Shown: positions 1 to 12,926 of the stretch, in pieces
Numbering within the stretch: position 1 is the stretch's first letter
Layout of the letters: each line of letters begins with the position of its first letter
Source: Camelus ferus
Taxonomy: Eukaryota
Length of the DNA: 64,000 nt
Direction: 5' to 3'
Assembly (NCBI RefSeq): GCF_009834535.1
Contig: NC_045697.1
Coordinates: forward strand, 97,466,001 to 97,530,000
Made by a program: the position numbers and the translations under genes
Notes under the pieces: model-generated
Seen by the model: only the letters and a program-made list of their open reading frames with translations
Databases searched by the model: none
What the model was told of the DNA's origin: nothing

Positions 1-245
1 TTATGATTCTAGAAATTTGTCCGTTTCTTCTAGGTTGTACAATTTGTTGGCATTTAACTGTTTATAGTATTCTCATAACTTTTTGTGTCTGGGTGTTATT
101 GGTTGTTATTCCTCCTTTCTTTTTTTTACATTTTGTTTATTTGTGTCCTCTCTCTTTTCCTCTTGGTGAGCCTGGCTAGAGGTTTATCAATTTTGTTGAT
201 CTTTTCAAAAAAACAGCTCCTGGTTTCATTTAACTTTTTTTTTTT
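1..245 (-). mobile_element. L1 ORF2 fragment
   Basis: Similar to ~32850-33070 of the full-length L1 in this window. Confidence 0.8.
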
Positions 246-564
246 TAACCTCAAACCCATGTTTTAAATCTCTTTCTGCAAGAATTACCTAGTGTGGTTT
301 CTATTTTCTTTAATGATCCAGATACATAACAATACATACTTACTGACATATAATAATGATCTCATTAGCACTAGTTGGTTTAATAACTAATTACTGTTAT
401 TTTATTATGATTGCTAGTCGTAAGTGAAAACATGAAACTAAAATTTTTTGATCTTTGAAGGTTTTAATCTATATTGATACTTTGCCTGGCTTCACATTAG
501 ACTTGTGGAGTTGCAAATGTTATTTTATCTTGTTTATACCTTTCTCATATGAAGAAAATCTTTG

Positions 565-1615
565 GCAGGAAGAAGTTAGTTTAGCAGATTCTGGGATGTG
601 TTTACATAAAGTTATAGTAGCTCAATCTAGGATTCTAACAACTTCTCACTCTCCACATTGCCCTTCACTTCTGACGGATCACCTCTTGGGTGATGATTCA
701 CAACTAAATAAACGTAGATCTTAGATATCCCCTTAGCCAAAAAGCTAGTTTAATGCTGAGTACATATTATGCACTCTTTGGTTATTCTTTTACTTAAGAG
801 TTTCATAGTTTCACAAGTAAAAAATGCATAACTAAGCATGGCATAAAGAACATTTACAATGAATAGAGTAATTTTATTTATTGATTTATTTATTTCTATT
901 GAGATATTGACATACAACATTATATTAGTTTCAGGTATATATCATAATAACTAGATATTTGTATATATTGTAAAATGATCACCACAGTAAGTCTAGTCAA
1001 CACACATCACCTCAGATGGTTATAATTTTTTTCTTGCCATGAGAACTTTTAAGATTTACTCTCTTAGTAACTTTCAAATATGCACTGCAGTATTACTAAC
1101 TATAGTCACTATGCTGTACATTACAGCCCCAGGACTTACTTATTTTTTAACTAGAAGTTTGTACCTTTTGGCTGCCAGAAGTCCTTTTTGTAGTGTGATA
1201 GAGAGACAGAAGCCTATGTTTTCTGAGACCCCTGAAATACACATGTAGGTGCCTAAATTCTCTCCTATTCTTCAAGGCTCCCATGTTCTTCTCACAGCTT
1301 TCATGTAACTGATGCTATAAAGACAATATTTCAAATCTTTACCCTCACCCCAAATATTTACGTGAACAAATACTCAATATACATCTCCAATTAGACTAAT
1401 TTATCTACCCCTTAGACTGCAAGGTATGGGGATGTGTATTAAGAATCTTTTAGTTCTCAAGGACTTAACTAGCCTGCCTTGAGGCAGGCTATCTGACCCC
1501 ATCAGACACATGAAATGAAGGCTATTCAGAAAAAGACCATCTTGTGGTACTGAATATGAAATCTGCTGTCTGACAGAGTGAAGCATAACCACTTAGCTAT
1601 TTCTTTCAAGCTCCT
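565..1615 (+). pseudogene. Copy A: calponin-homology (CH1/CH2) remnants, split by an L1 fragment
   Basis: LHKVIVAQSRI ~ VNKHLIKAQRHI (~600-635); DGSPL ~ DGHNL (~675); KYLREQILNI ~ DYLRHRQVKLVNI (1352-1382); the GRL..I.H..K and E*SITT*L motifs. Confidence 0.6.
880..1168 (-). mobile_element. L1 3' end fragment (older family)
   Basis: T-rich tail followed by L1 3' UTR-like sequence; related copy at 43745-44210. Confidence 0.7.
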
Positions 1616-2219
1616 TCTCCCCTACAAAAGGCTATTCTTTGTCCTTATAGTTCAGTTCACATCAGTATAATGCAAACCTTTGATGTCTAAAGCTGGTTTA
1701 AGTACAGCACAGAAACTGTGTATGTATGCTGCAGTGATCAAACAATATATCTATGTCTTGAATAGGGATCGACTAATTTAATAGAGACATTTTAATATAT
1801 CATGTCTCAAGTATAATTCATAAGAAAAATCTGAAAGCTTTACATCAAAACCTCTGACAGAAAAAACTGTTAAATGAAGAATTTGTAATAGCAAGAAAAG
1901 CTTAATGTTTATGTGGCTTTATTTTACATTTAATTAAATGTCACTCTTGTTGGACAGAAAAGAACATACAATTGAATTTTACCAGTTTCTTTACAGTGTT
2001 ATTAAGGGGGTACCACAATTTGGTATCTCAAAGCCATTATTTGTTCTTGAAAAATTAATACAACAGAGGAAAACATTGTGGTGAATGGTTCACATTTCAC
2101 TGTTTCATAGAAGAAATATAAACATGGGTCTCCTGTGGAAAAAAAAAAGTTAAAAAATAAACTTACTTTTAACGTTAGTGGCTATTGGTGAGACCTTAAG
2201 CAATTGTCTTAGGAGACAA

Positions 2220-3935
2220 TTAAGAGATTGTGTGTTAGATTCTTATGTATTGCATTTTTGTCTCACCATCACCTATACCACAGAGTAGCTCTGATTGGTT
2301 AAAACTATTAGATTCAAGTGTATCAGGAGAACCAGTCAAGAGAAGGGCCATGCAGCTGAGCAATTTCATTAGCTCTACTAGAGAATCTATTGTATGGTTA
2401 TAACTTACTGATAGCAAATAACAGAATACTTATTCTTTAACTGAAACAGAAATTTAGAAGTAATCCAGTTAACTTTATTTGGTTTTCTTTTCTCTCTTTT
2501 TATCTTTTTCTAATTGAAACTTCATTGAGGTAATTGTGCATTCACATACATTTGTAAGAAATGACAAAGAGAAATCTCTTGTTTATTTTGCCCAGTTTCT
2601 CCCAACAGTAATATTTTACAAAACTATAGTATATCACAACCAGGTTACTGATTGATCATTTACCTTTTTTCTATCTCTTTAAACCTTTCCATATTATTAT
2701 GATTTAGATATGCCTTTTGTAAATACTTTATACTTGGATTTTATTTCTCTTTTTTATCCAATCTATTTTAATAGGCTAGTTCAGTCCATTTACATTTATT
2801 AAATTACTAACATTTCTCCTTGTTTCCACTTTCTATTTTTTTCTTTCTCTTGTTTCTTGTTTTTTTTCTTCTTTATGGTCTTTTGGGTTTAAAAAAATTT
2901 TTTTTTAATTGAAGTGTAGTCAGTTACAATGTGCCAATTTCTGGTGTACAGCACAATTTCTCAGTCATTTATATTTTTATAAAAATAACACAAAATACAA
3001 GGTAAAAAATCTAAAAAAATGCAGACACTCACATACATATGCATATGTATATTTTATTTATATACATACAGAGAGAATTGTTGAATTCTTGAGGTTCCTT
3101 CAGGTTAAATAAGTGCCCAAGGATGTATTGCTAACTAGCAGGAGATCAAAAACCAGAAACCTGGCCTCCTGATTCCTATACTAATGATACTATGTTTAAG
3201 AAACAGTTTAGATGCAAAAAGTTGCTCAATATGACAAAGGTTAATCAAAATTAATATTTTAAAATTTATTTTTAAGAACAGAGCTTTATACTACAGCGAG
3301 ACCATCTTCAAAGTCTAAATTCAACTTTTTGCAAGTATACATAGATTCTACCAAGTCATTGCAGGATGCAAACCCATCATTTATACCTGAATTTTTCAAC
3401 ATGTGATTTGCAAACCATTAGTGGGTAATGAGATTAATATAGTAGATCATAAAGAGCATTTTTTATAAAATTAAATAGCTATACTGAAAAAAAAAAATAG
3501 GGTATGCCATTCACGGTAAGGGTAAAGTTGTGTAAAAATTTTGTTTAACTTTTATTTAAGTTACATGTATAACTTTATATATTTAATTTAAGTATAAATG
3601 TGTACATGTGTTGAAGAGTGAAGCAAGATTTTATTTTGTGTGATTCACAGTTCTAAACATTGGATCACAACTCATTAACAGTAGCTTTCAAATAGGTGAA
3701 AGGGATCTATCACGAAATACAGATAAACATTGGTTCCATTCCTCCCTGGTGCAAAGCCAGCCCTTCCTCAGCCTGCTGATACTGTCTTTTCCTTTTTAAC
3801 ACTGGAGAGTATGTGATTAAAAGAGGGCACAGATGCGTTACCGGAGCCCCTCCAGGAACACTGTAGCTGGTACACCATAATGACTGGCTATCTTCAATCA
3901 AGCAGTAGCATACAAAGCATTTTTAAAAAATCAAA
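2220..3935 (+). pseudogene. Copy A: first spectrin-repeat remnants (two blocks, ~2220-2390 and ~3723-3935)
   Basis: E*L*LVKTIRFK..LY*RI ~ plectin EILWSQFLKFK..IYQSL; INIGSIPP..AC*YCL ~ VQAGQLKVPP..KEWGKL; EPLQ ~ ECLQ. Confidence 0.5.
2505..3065 (-). mobile_element. Cluster of L1 3' end fragments
   Basis: aattgaaacttcattgaggtaattg.. (L1M-type) and aattgaagtgtagtcagttacaatg.. (young camelid-type tail). Confidence 0.6.
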
Positions 3936-5049
3936 ATTTGGGTTTAAAACTTCTGATAATCAATAAACAGTAATAGTAAAACTACCCTGCAATAAAATAT
4001 TTTAGGCATAAATACAGTATATGATGAAGTAATTTTTTTTACATACGAAAAGTGATGGTATTTCCACAAGCTCTGATTAAGCTGTTTTCAGCTAAGTCAT
4101 ATTTAAGTGTTAGTAGCAAACAGCCTAGGGTTGCATTTATAGGAAGTCTACTGATCTCAGTAATAAATCCCAGATTCATGTAAGAGTTGAGGTTACAAAC
4201 TGCAAATCCTGATCACCAGTTCTCAGAAGCAAAATCCAAATTCAAATTTCTAGTTCTGAGCTATTGTACCTGCTCTTTTGAATTAGAAAAGTATTACAGT
4301 CAAGCTACCTCCCAAATTCAGTGTTCTAATTCTAGGCATCAAGCAGACTCTTAACTCAGGGATTGTAGAAATCAGAACATGAAGATTGGTTTGGGTTGTG
4401 ATCAGACATAAAAAATTAGTTAATTTCAGAGACATACTTTTAGGGTACAAGATGTGGGAAATGAAACCTCTTTCTGAAAATAGCCTCTAGATTTATCTGT
4501 GATCACTTTTCTGAGTGCCATTTCTATATTGAAATTGAATTTCCTAATTTTCTCCCCGTAGGTAAAAAAACAAACAAACAAACAAACAAAAAAATCGGTG
4601 TGTCAAGGTTTATGATGCCATTAAGAGACTCTGATTGCTAGAGTTGCAACAACATAAATTGTCATGTCTGCGACAATAAAGACCGACCCTTGGAGATTAT
4701 ATATTTCTGAGTGTGGCCTTATCTACACACACAGAATGAAAATAGAATTGAGACAATGTAATTTCATAAATCAGTCCAAAGAATATGTTTGCTAATTGAA
4801 TCAAAGGAAGCTTCAATTTTTCCAGATAATGTCTAAATGTTCCAATTTCTCATTGTATTTATGACTGGAACCTCTGGGCATTAGCCCAACATGTTACTTC
4901 TTGAATATGATATTATTCCTTAAATCTCAGCAGAAGATAATGTCTGAGTTGGAGAATTATTTAATAGTTTAAGAGTTATCATGCATGCAACAATTTATAA
5001 GGAGCTGCTCGCTAGCCTCTACATAAAGTCTCTTAAGTATCTTAACAAC

Positions 5050-5410
5050 ACCTAAGGTCCATACAATGAAATAATACAGATACACAAAACAAGGGTAAAT
5101 TCTTAAAGTGTTCGACTAAGTGAAGGAAGCCAGACACAAAAGAGTATATAATGTGTGATTGCTTTTTATTCATGAAATCTTACAAAACAGCACTATAGTG
5201 ACAGGAAGCAGATCCACGTTTGCCAGGGCCTGGGCTTCGGGTAGGTCCTGACTGCATAGCAGCATAAGGGAACTTTTCAGGGTGATGCAAAGGTTCTAAA
5301 TCATGCTTATGCTGCTGATTTTGCTACTGTACACATTTGTCAAAAGTCCTCACCAAAAAACAATTTTACTGAATGAAAAGTATATCCCAATAGAGTTGAT
5401 ATTTGAAAAC
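5050..5410 (+). mobile_element. Old L1M 3' end
   Basis: ctaagtgaaggaagccagacacaaaagag..tgtacacatttgtcaaaa motifs. Confidence 0.65.
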
Positions 5411-6030
5411 TGGAAAAAAAAATTACTTGAGGTAAAGCTTGTGTATCTATTTTGTTGCTGTTTTTAGTGGAAGAAACTGAGGCCAGAGTTGAGTAATGGG
5501 CACAAGGTCACACAGTCAGTGAAGCGGACCTCGCCTGAGATGAGGACCTCTGCACACGAGGTAGGAATTTGCGTCGCACCCCCAGGACATCTGCAGTGTC
5601 CATTGATGTGTCTTATACGGAGTATACTCTCAATACATATATGTAACACATCTATAAATAAGTGCCTGGAAGCCCACATGTTGCCCACTCTATGGCACAA
5701 ACTTTCAGAGTAAATTTTCTCCTCTTGCAGTCTTCTTTAGGGGAATCTGAGAAAAATCAGAAATTCCTCAAATGGCAAAGATGGTGTATAAATATGTTAA
5801 ATCCCTCTGGACTGTGAAGCTATCAATTACAATCTTTACCTTTCAAATCAAAAAGTCATTTATTCTAGGGGGCTAGAAGTATGAATTTTTCTTGTTGGTG
5901 TTGAAATGTTAGGGCTCGTTTCTTGCAAAAATTCCTTCACTGTCTTAATGCAATCCTGAATAAGAGTATCAGAAATGCATATTACTCTTCGCTTTTTGAG
6001 TTGCTATCTTTGGGCCTTTTCTCTCCACAG

Positions 6031-6890
6031 TTCTTTCTAATGAGTTTCATCTAAGATTTTCACACCTTGAAAGTGGTACAGATGTTCAGTGCTGGTTCAA
6101 GAGGCCTAGGCTTGAGCTGTCTGGTTTTCATTCTCTTTACAAATGGCCTTGTATCCTCCCATGTACTCTATAAGCATACCCAGTTTTTTTCCTCTCTCTC
6201 AGATTTCAAATCCCACAATCTCCCCTTGCATGTGGAACACCCATGTTTACTGGAGAGAATTTCTTATAAACAATTTCAATGTGGTTGTCAAAATCCATGC
6301 CAGCTGCTTCAGCCTCCTCTCTGTATTCAGGATAATTACATCTGCCAGTTACAAGGAAACAAGGTCTCTCTCTTGCCCTTACTCCGTGTCTCTCTCTTTT
6401 CAAAGGCTTCCAGACCCACTGCCTAGTTAGTTCTCTTTCAGACTGATGAAAAGTATAATATGAAGAATGGCTTTTCTTCCTTCCTACCAAAAAAAAAAGA
6501 ACTTTAAAAAGCTTCAGTGGAGGTCTAGATTGTCTCTACATGAAGTACATCCAAGGGGCCATTAAAAAAATAGAAAACAGAATCAGAGATAAAATTGCAG
6601 ACATGGATTTGGAGAGAAACATTTCTTTATAAGAATCATAAGTCTCTTGCTATCCATTAGCTAGAAATACCACCAAATGATGCATTGCGTTGGCATTTAA
6701 TGGAAGGCAACAAAATAATCAAAGCAATACCAAGGGCAATAGCAGGACAATCGTGTGTACGCAAGTAAAGAAAATGCTCTTCATCCCAATTATTTAAAAA
6801 CATTCATCTAGTCACTTCATGGCTTGCGGGAGTTGCTTAATATGTACACAGAATCCAAGAAGAAAGAGAATGTATAATTGCATTTACAAG
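6031..6890 (+). pseudogene. Copy A: spectrin-repeat block equivalent to desmoplakin exons 4-9
   Basis: KAS at 6508, then YIQGAIKKI..MD(+1 nt)WRE ~ KASFER..IIQATSREI..YDWSD; LEI..EGNKII ~ LEV..ESDQLV; TSWLAGVA*YV ~ WSWILQITKCI. Pyrimidine-rich AG acceptors at 6030, 6202 and 6441. Confidence 0.65.
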
Positions 6891-7275
6891 CTTGGTCAAA
6901 CTATTGAAAGTAATAAATTCCCTTAAAAAAGAATTAAGGATGCTTTTCCTTTAAGCACTTGACTTACAGGCTTCAGATGAATCAATATTTACACATCAAT
7001 ATCAGAAGTACTGCACCTTTCACTGACAGTGATTAGAAGTTGTGATGGTTCCACTTCAGTACATAAACTGTGTTATTTTTTTATAACTAAATAGAAAATG
7101 CTTATAAGGAAATTGAGGTTGGTATAGGAACTAAGAAAATGCTCCTCTTAGCAGTCTGGAAATTATAATATACAGATATTCTTGGTGACAGTACAGATAC
7201 ATTTTAATAGTAAGTACTTCAGCGTAGATTACAAATGAAAATGTACATAGAAACTTCTTGAGGCAATTTGGGTCA

Positions 7276-7460
7276 GAGTTGACAGATTTGGCAAGTAAGG
7301 ATACAGGACACTCAAATTCAATTCCAGGTAAATTACAAATACCTTTTTTACTATAAGATGTCCTATGAAATATTTGGAACACACTTAAACTAAAAAATTG
7401 TTTGTTGTTTGTCTGAAATTGAAGTTTACCTAGATGTCCTGTATTTTATCTGGCAAACCT
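7276..7460. mobile_element. MER53-like palindromic non-autonomous DNA transposon
   Basis: Ends gagttgacagattt.. and ..atctggcaaacct; internally near-palindromic, matching the recalled MER53 consensus. Confidence 0.75.
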
Positions 7461-7923
7461 AATTATGGCATAAAAATGATATAAAAGCAAAACTGATTTA
7501 CTCCGTAAGTACTAAAGTGACTCCAAAATTAATATTATACAAAATAATCTTGAAGTTTATTGTCAGTCTTTAGAAGATGGGTTAGTGTTGTGGGCCAGAC
7601 CATGAAGCTTTCGTTTGTCAATGAATAACAAGAAAAATAAAGAGAATGGATCAAGTTTGTAACAAAGGTAAAAAATATAATTAAATGTTAGAGATTAGTT
7701 CTGCTATTGTTTTAAAATATGCTTAGTTGATGAAATAAAAAGACATCACAATAGTGGTCCTTCTTTTTAAGGTAAAATCCAAAAGTTGTGGTACTATTGG
7801 ATTCTACTGTTGTTTTTCATCATCTGAATTCCTATTATTTTTATTTGGTTAGTGTTTAAGTAAGGAAACTGTTTTACTTTTTTATAACTGGTTTCCTTCT
7901 ATTAATTGATGCTTACATGATTA

Positions 7924-7927
<4 letters not shown>

Positions 7928-7963
<36 letters not shown>
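7928..7963. repeat. poly(T) tract
   Basis: About 36 consecutive T. Confidence 0.95.
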
Positions 7964-7966
<3 letters not shown>

Positions 7967-8099
7967 TTGGTCCAATCACCACCACACTGAAGTGAGGAGA
8001 ACTACTCTCCTATTTGTAATAAAATTTACCAAAAAAAAAAAAAAGCTTACACTCCGAACTTACTACTGAGTATATTGTACAGCCTGACTTGGACCAATT

Positions 8100-8775
8100 A
8101 ATCCTTCACAGCTACCATCTTAGTCCATTTCACTCTCTCCTGTACATCTGCAATAGCCTCTTTAACTGATTCCTCACCCTTCCTTCTTGTCCCACTTCAG
8201 TTTGCTTTAAACAGAGTAGCTGTCTGATAGTTAAAAAATAAAATCAGCTAGTATCATTTCCTTGTGCAAAATTCTACAGTGGCTTGCCATTTCCCTTAGA
8301 ATAAAATCCCAATTAATGACCAAGCCCTAATGATATGATGACTTAAAAAACAGTACCTCTCCAGCTATATTTCTCCCACTACTTCCCCACTCTGTCTCTT
8401 GTTTCTCAAACATGCCCCTAGTTCATCCTCTTGCAGGGCATTGCTCTTGTGTTTCTTTCCTGTAGAATTTCTTCCTTCATCGTAATTCACTTTTTCACTT
8501 CAAGTTCCAGCTCTAATATCACTGCTTCAGTATACATAAGCTATCACCTAGCCCCATTTCCCATATATCCACTTTAATCTTTTCTTCTTATCTTCCTTTT
8601 TCTTCACAGTACTTCAACATACCCAAAACTCTTACTTATTCATTATATAACTCTACATATTAGAAAATAAGAGACACACACACAAATAACCTTGTCTCTC
8701 TTGTTCCTTGCTTTGGTCCCATTGCCTAGCACCTAATAGTTACTCAGTAAATATTTGTGGAATGAATAAATGAAT
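8100..8775 (+). mobile_element. L2 3' region
   Basis: Ends ..cctagcacctaatagttactcagtaaatatttgtggaatgaataaatgaat, typical of L2 tails. Confidence 0.7.
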
Positions 8776-9204
8776 TGAACATCCCTTAGCAGAGGAACCT
8801 GACCTAAGTCTTTTAAAAGTCTGATCAGAAGACAAATTTAGTAACATAATTTTAGTTACACTGAAATTCCCCTTTCCCTATGATCTTAAACTGTGCCGCC
8901 TTATCATTTCCTTTCCGAAAGAATTTCAGTGTCTCTTGAGAACACTGACCTAAAGGTTAAGAAGCATCCATTGCATACAGGTATTTGCTCCAGGGGTTGA
9001 AAGGATAGTCTTGCTGCTTATCCTGCTAGCCTGTCATATCTTACCAAACCAAATATGCAGTTGCAGCAGGCAGACAGCAAAGGTCCTTATTCTGAAATTC
9101 TTACTGTAAATGCAAAATAAAACAAAATGAAAACCTTCTCACCTGTAAGCCACGATAATTGTTGTTCCAACTAATTAACAAGAATTTAATAATGATCCTT
9201 ACAG

Positions 9205-9328
9205 ATTTTTTTTCCAACTAGAGCCAAAATACAGTCTCCAAGAGAGAAATCTTGTAAGATCATTTTGTCTGAGGATTTCTTGCACTGAATAATCCAAAGA
9301 GATCATGGCATTATTGACTGACTTGAAG
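9205..9328 (+). pseudogene. Copy A: pseudo-exon equivalent to desmoplakin exon 10
   Basis: ccttacag| acceptor; FFQLEPKYSLQERNLVRSFCLRISCTE*SKEIMALLTDLK; ends AAG|gggaga, like a GT>GG-mutated donor. 124 nt versus a recalled 126 nt in DSP. Confidence 0.7.
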
Positions 9329-9989
9329 GGGAGAGTTTACACTTACTAGAGGTAAACATGCTGCAAAAAGTCAAGGATAAAGAGGAGTTGATCATAAATA
9401 ACATGAAAAGCATCAGTAGAATTGGCCTAGCACACACTATTTGTTGAATAAATAAAAGAATTAATGAATAGCTTATCTCCCTTTGAAGCAATTGAAAACC
9501 TGTTGTTTAGTGAAAATAGTCTGGAAACTCACATTTTTCTCACAAAATCCAAATGTCCATTTTAATTCTTTATTATTTTCTACTTAATAGATGTCTTCCT
9601 CCCTGAAATTGTCTCTTTACCTGTTAGTCTGATACTGCCCCATGCTGAATCCCTTTTCACCTTTCATGTTTCTTCCTACTCCCTCTCTCTTGGTTTCTTT
9701 TCTTGCTCCTACTGGCCCATACATCTAAGTTTCTCTGTGACTCTGTATTTACCAATGGCCTTTTAAGTTCACTCCCTCAGAGAGTTCATAAATTTTCAGA
9801 GGTCTAAATATTTCCTCTATACTGATGACCCAAATGGCATTTCCAGTCCTCACTGTTCAATGAAGCTTCAGCCTCAAGAATTAGAATGCCTACTGCCAAA
9901 TTTCTGATTCCACAGAAAAACGTTTTTCAAGAATTCAGTGACTCCACTTTGCCTCCTAAGCCATATTTAGGGAATGACACTTTAAATTT

Positions 9990-10475
9990 ATTTTATTTTT
10001 ATTATTTTTATTGAAGTATAGTCAAGTATAGTTTACAATGTTGTGTCAATTTCTGGTGTACAGCACAGTGCTTCAGTCATATAGGAACATATATGTATCC
10101 ATTTTTATATTCTTTTTCACCGTAAGTTACTACAAGATATTGAATACAGTTCCCTGCTCTATACAGTGTAAACTTCTTGTTTATCTGTTTTATATATATT
10201 AGTATCTGCAAATCTCGAACTCCCAATTTATCCCTTCCCACCCCCTTCCCCCTCTGGTAACCATCAGTTTGTTTCCTATGTCTGTGAGTCTGTTTCTATT
10301 TTGTAAATAAGTTTGTCTTTTTTTTTTTTTTTTTTTTTAAGATTCCATGTATAAGGGATATCACATGGTTTTTTCCTTTCTTTTTCTGGCTTACCTACTT
10401 AGAATGACATTTTCCAGGTCCATCCATGTTGCTGCAAATGACATTATTTTATTATTTTTTATAGCTGAGTAGTAG
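9990..10475 (-). mobile_element. 5'-truncated young L1 (camelid-type 3' UTR)
   Basis: Same 3' UTR as the full-length L1; approximate TSD gacact(t/g)..aattta. Confidence 0.9.
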
Positions 10476-11504
10476 ACACTGAATTTAAACCTCCAGGTGC
10501 TCTTTCCAGTGTGCCCCAGTGTGAACCCTCTCCCACTGATGTCACTAATTTATGGTTACATCTGCCTTCTCCATGTCTGTATCTGTAGCAACCTACAGTA
10601 TTCTCTCTTCTCAGAATGCCTCCCACTCTTTATTAACTATTCAAAACCAGAAAAATGCAGTAGAAGTGATTATTTGGTGGTTAAGTCAGGGGGAAAATAT
10701 AAAACAAACAAAACACGCATAGAAGGAGGAGAATTCAGTGTGCATAGAACTGGGTGACCCCAGGAGAGTAATTTCTCCCTAGGCCTCAGTTTCAACAATT
10801 TGGGGTGTTACGGGGTTAGAACTCTAGATTAACTCAGTGGTTCTGTTCAGACTCATTAGCTGTTCTTCATATGTGTGTAAACATTAACCTTTTTCATATT
10901 TTGCCTTTTTCATATAGTTTGCATTTCCCCCATAACTCTATGTATAATCTCACTATTCTCCAACTATAACAAATCCGCGATTCTGCATAGTTTTGCTGGA
11001 GGAGATGGAAATACTCATAATAAGTCTACATTATTATGACATGTTTACTAATGAAAACTTACCTTCATACCAATTTAAGAAAAAAAAATACATGTATACG
11101 TTACCAAAAAGAAATCTGGGGCATTCGTAAAATGAGATACTTCGTATCTATCATCTGGAAAAAGTAAAATCTAATTTTTTGGATAATTGTGTTTAACAGT
11201 GAAACTTAGAGCATAGTAGAAGTGAAATGCTATTTTCTTTGAGGAAAGAAGCAAAAATAATAAATGCTCTTTTGACATTTTTATCATTTAAGCCAAATTA
11301 AACATTTCGGGTAAAGCTTTGTTGGCATGATGGTGGCCATAGCCACTGCTGTGAGTGTCTCCAGAGGAATTCTGGAGACATTGATCAGTATATGAGCACC
11401 CTCTCCAACCCCAGGCTCTGTCCCCAGACTTGATTGGTCAATCTTAAGTGTTTAAAAAAATTTCCCCTAAGGGTAGAAAAAATACCTAATTTTATAAAAC
11501 TAAG

Positions 11505-12250
11505 CTCAGAGAAAGACCTCTTCTCAGTGAGGAAGTAGTAACTGCCAGGCTTCTGGGTAGGTTTATCCTCATAGATAAAGGGCACCTGAGAGCAGGCCAG
11601 ACTACTGTTGCTGTAGTCAGGTGACATGATGCCCTCCTTTTGCACCATAAGGAACATGTCACTGTGAAATAGAGCTAGAATTAAAACTACATCTGTGAGA
11701 TGAGAGAGAGAGAGTATATGTGTATGTGTGTGCTAGACAAATGCATTAGGCAAATGCATGTGGGGATAGAAATAAATGTGCAAGTGGTAGAGTTTGTAGA
11801 ATGTGAGGTCATAACTGTCAACAAACCCCAAGGCTTTGGGAGTTTTGAATGCATTCACAGAAAGGCAACAATTTTTCTTTAAAACATAATATCTATATTT
11901 TTTTCTCAAAAGGTTTAGGAAATATCCGGACATAGCCATGCATTAGCTCCTTGTGAATAAAGAACTCACTATTTTCAATGTCAGTAAATAGGAAAGATGA
12001 AAATGAGATTCCATAATATTTTCAATCTAACATATTCATTCCAAAACTGAGCTGTCATATGAAATGAGTTTATTGAGCAAACTCAGATAACCAAGTTGCA
12101 AACATGGAACAATTTTATTTTTTTCAGTGACTGCCCACATTTCTGCAAAATTGAAGCACCTATTCTTGCTGGCTGAAAGCCAAATTTGTTAATAACTCTT
12201 TGGCCCAATTTCATTGCTTTTTCATCACTTTTAGTTATTAAGGCTCCTGT
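11505..12250 (+). pseudogene. Copy A: SR5/SH3 pseudo-exons (11505-11657, 11947-~12095, 12129-~12250)
   Basis: SEKDLFSVRK**LPGF ~ plectin DEKEQLNEYKGHLSGL, in an AG..GT-bounded 153-nt block (recalled DSP exon 11 = 153 nt); ag|LLVNK..ER*K* ~ KIVHK..ERSKW. Confidence 0.7.
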
Positions 12251-12284
12251 TGGTCTATACAACAGATCCTCCCCCCCCCCCCCA

Positions 12285-12860
12285 TTTTTTAAAAACTGAA
12301 GTAGAGCCAGTTGCAATGTGTCAATTTCTGGTGTACAGCATAATGTCCCAGCCATGTATATGTCCCAGTATATGTATATGTGTATGTATATATGTGTGTA
12401 TATACACACACATGTATTTGTTTTCATATTCCTTTTCATTAAAGGTTATTACAAGATGTTGAATATTGTTCCCTGTGCTATGCAGAAATTTGTTTTTTAT
12501 CTGTTTTTATATATAGTAGTTAATATTTGCAAATCTTGAATTCCCAAATTTATCCCTTCCCACTCCCTTTCCCTCGGTAACCATAAGATTGTTTGCCATG
12601 TCTGCAAGTCTCTTTCTGTTTTGTAAATGAGTTCATTAGTGTTCTTTTTTAGATTCCACATATGAGTGACATCATACAGTATTTTTCTTTCTCTTTCTGG
12701 CTTACTTCGCTTAGAATGACAATCTCCAGGTCCATCTATGTTGCTGCAAATGGCATTATTTTAGTCTTTTTTTAATAGCTGAGTAGTATTCCATTGTATA
12801 AATATACCACAGCTTCTTTATCCAGTCTTCTGTTAATGGACATTTAGGTTGCTTCCATGT
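12285..12860 (-). mobile_element. 5'-truncated young L1
   Basis: Same 3' UTR family, extending into the ORF2 C-terminus. Confidence 0.9.
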
Positions 12861-12926
12861 GTATGACTCATTCTTGTTTATTTTAAAGGTTTATTTCATA
12901 TTCTAAAAAAGCCTTTTATCCCCTAG

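Noticed and set aside
5860..6490. Minus-strand protein-like frames, considered as an endogenous viral element
   Set aside because: No resemblance to bornavirus nucleoprotein or anything else I recall; the + strand fits the plakin series.
12083..12270. TBP-like resemblance in a minus-strand ORF (TGALITKSDEKAMKLGQRVINKFGF)
   Set aside because: Weak and isolated; the ORF starts inside an L1 3' UTR.
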